From NCBI GenBank assembly GCA_942493095.1, contig OW818675.1:1230001-1262000 (forward strand): DNA of 32,000 nt, given 5' to 3'. Numbering within the stretch: position 1 is the stretch's first letter; the number at the start of each line of letters is the position of its first letter. This document shows, piece by piece, positions 31,831 to 32,000 of the stretch. A model generated the notes under the pieces. That model had not been told where the DNA came from, did not search any database, and saw nothing but the letters and a program-made list of their open reading frames with translations. Source of the stretch: Candidatus Electronema halotolerans. Lineage in GTDB: Bacteria > Desulfobacterota > Desulfobulbia > Desulfobulbales > Desulfobulbaceae. The translations under genes and the position numbers were made by a program.

Positions 31831-32000
31831 ATATTTCTTCTCGCGTCAACGGTTTAAAATCAGGAATTTTCAAAGGGGATTTCAGCAAGCGGTCAATCAT
31901 GTCAGAAGCCGCTTCCACAGCATCCTCTTTCAGCAGGATCACCTTCACAGTGCTGCTTTGAATCTTCCTTCTGTAGCGTTCAGGAATTTCAATGACACCG
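31817..32000 (-). CDS. antitoxin-like small protein, 5' end outside the window
   Basis: The reverse frame reads ...GVIEIPERYRRKIQSSTVKVILLKEDAVEAASDMIDRLLKSPLKIPDFKPLTREEIYDRG*, overlapping the PIN gene start by 14 nt. The N-terminal part looks AbrB/SpoVT-like. Confidence 0.55.
   Translation of the reverse strand, partial: GVIEIPERYRRKIQSSTVKVILLKEDAVEAASDMIDRLLKSPLKIPDFKPLTREEIYDRG

Overview
This looks like chromosomal DNA from a moderately GC-rich bacterium. Gene content and order suggest a Desulfobacterota-like anaerobe: fabG-acpP-fabF-rpiB, a MetF/MetV-type methylene-THF reductase, a ferredoxin-fused EtfA, and hypA-hypB-hypF. That assignment is inference only. The core genes are a partial hypothetical gene (minus strand, missing from the ORF track), a cNMP-binding/DUF4388 protein, two paralogous secreted Met/Gln-rich proteins, cinA, hypABF, a large SPFH/band-7 protein, a fused MTHFR, a molybdate locus (modE, outer-membrane porin, modA, modB, modD, modC), and rpiB-fabF-acpP-fabG-etfA on the minus strand. 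At least six visibly AT-richer accessory insertions interrupt this backbone. They are: (1) 8.5-10.5 kb, a BrnA-antitoxin remnant plus a translationally coupled DUF4365-like nuclease and a 385-aa orphan protein, followed by six phased 23-bp palindromes and an HU-like/DUF4469-like gene; (2) 11.9-13.2 kb, an orphan ORF plus a DUF4160/DUF2442 pair; (3) 15.4-17.7 kb, a membrane protein plus a tandemly duplicated gene for a secreted Gly/Tyr-rich low-complexity protein; (4) a killer/antidote TA pair inside the mod operon; (5) a 1-kb promoterless methyltransferase cassette directly behind rpiB; (6) an antitoxin-PIN-Mrr-like operon abutting etfA. Insertions 3 and 5 share a topology: intact host gene, then cargo starting at its stop codon, then an orphan copy of the host gene 3' end. 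The best candidates for an undescribed system are the DUF4365 plus orphan pair with its palindrome array, the Gly/Tyr-rich secreted protein duplication, and the integrase-less 3'-end-duplicating cassettes. I found no rRNA, tRNA or CRISPR array by eye. All domain calls come from motif recognition in the translations, not from searches.
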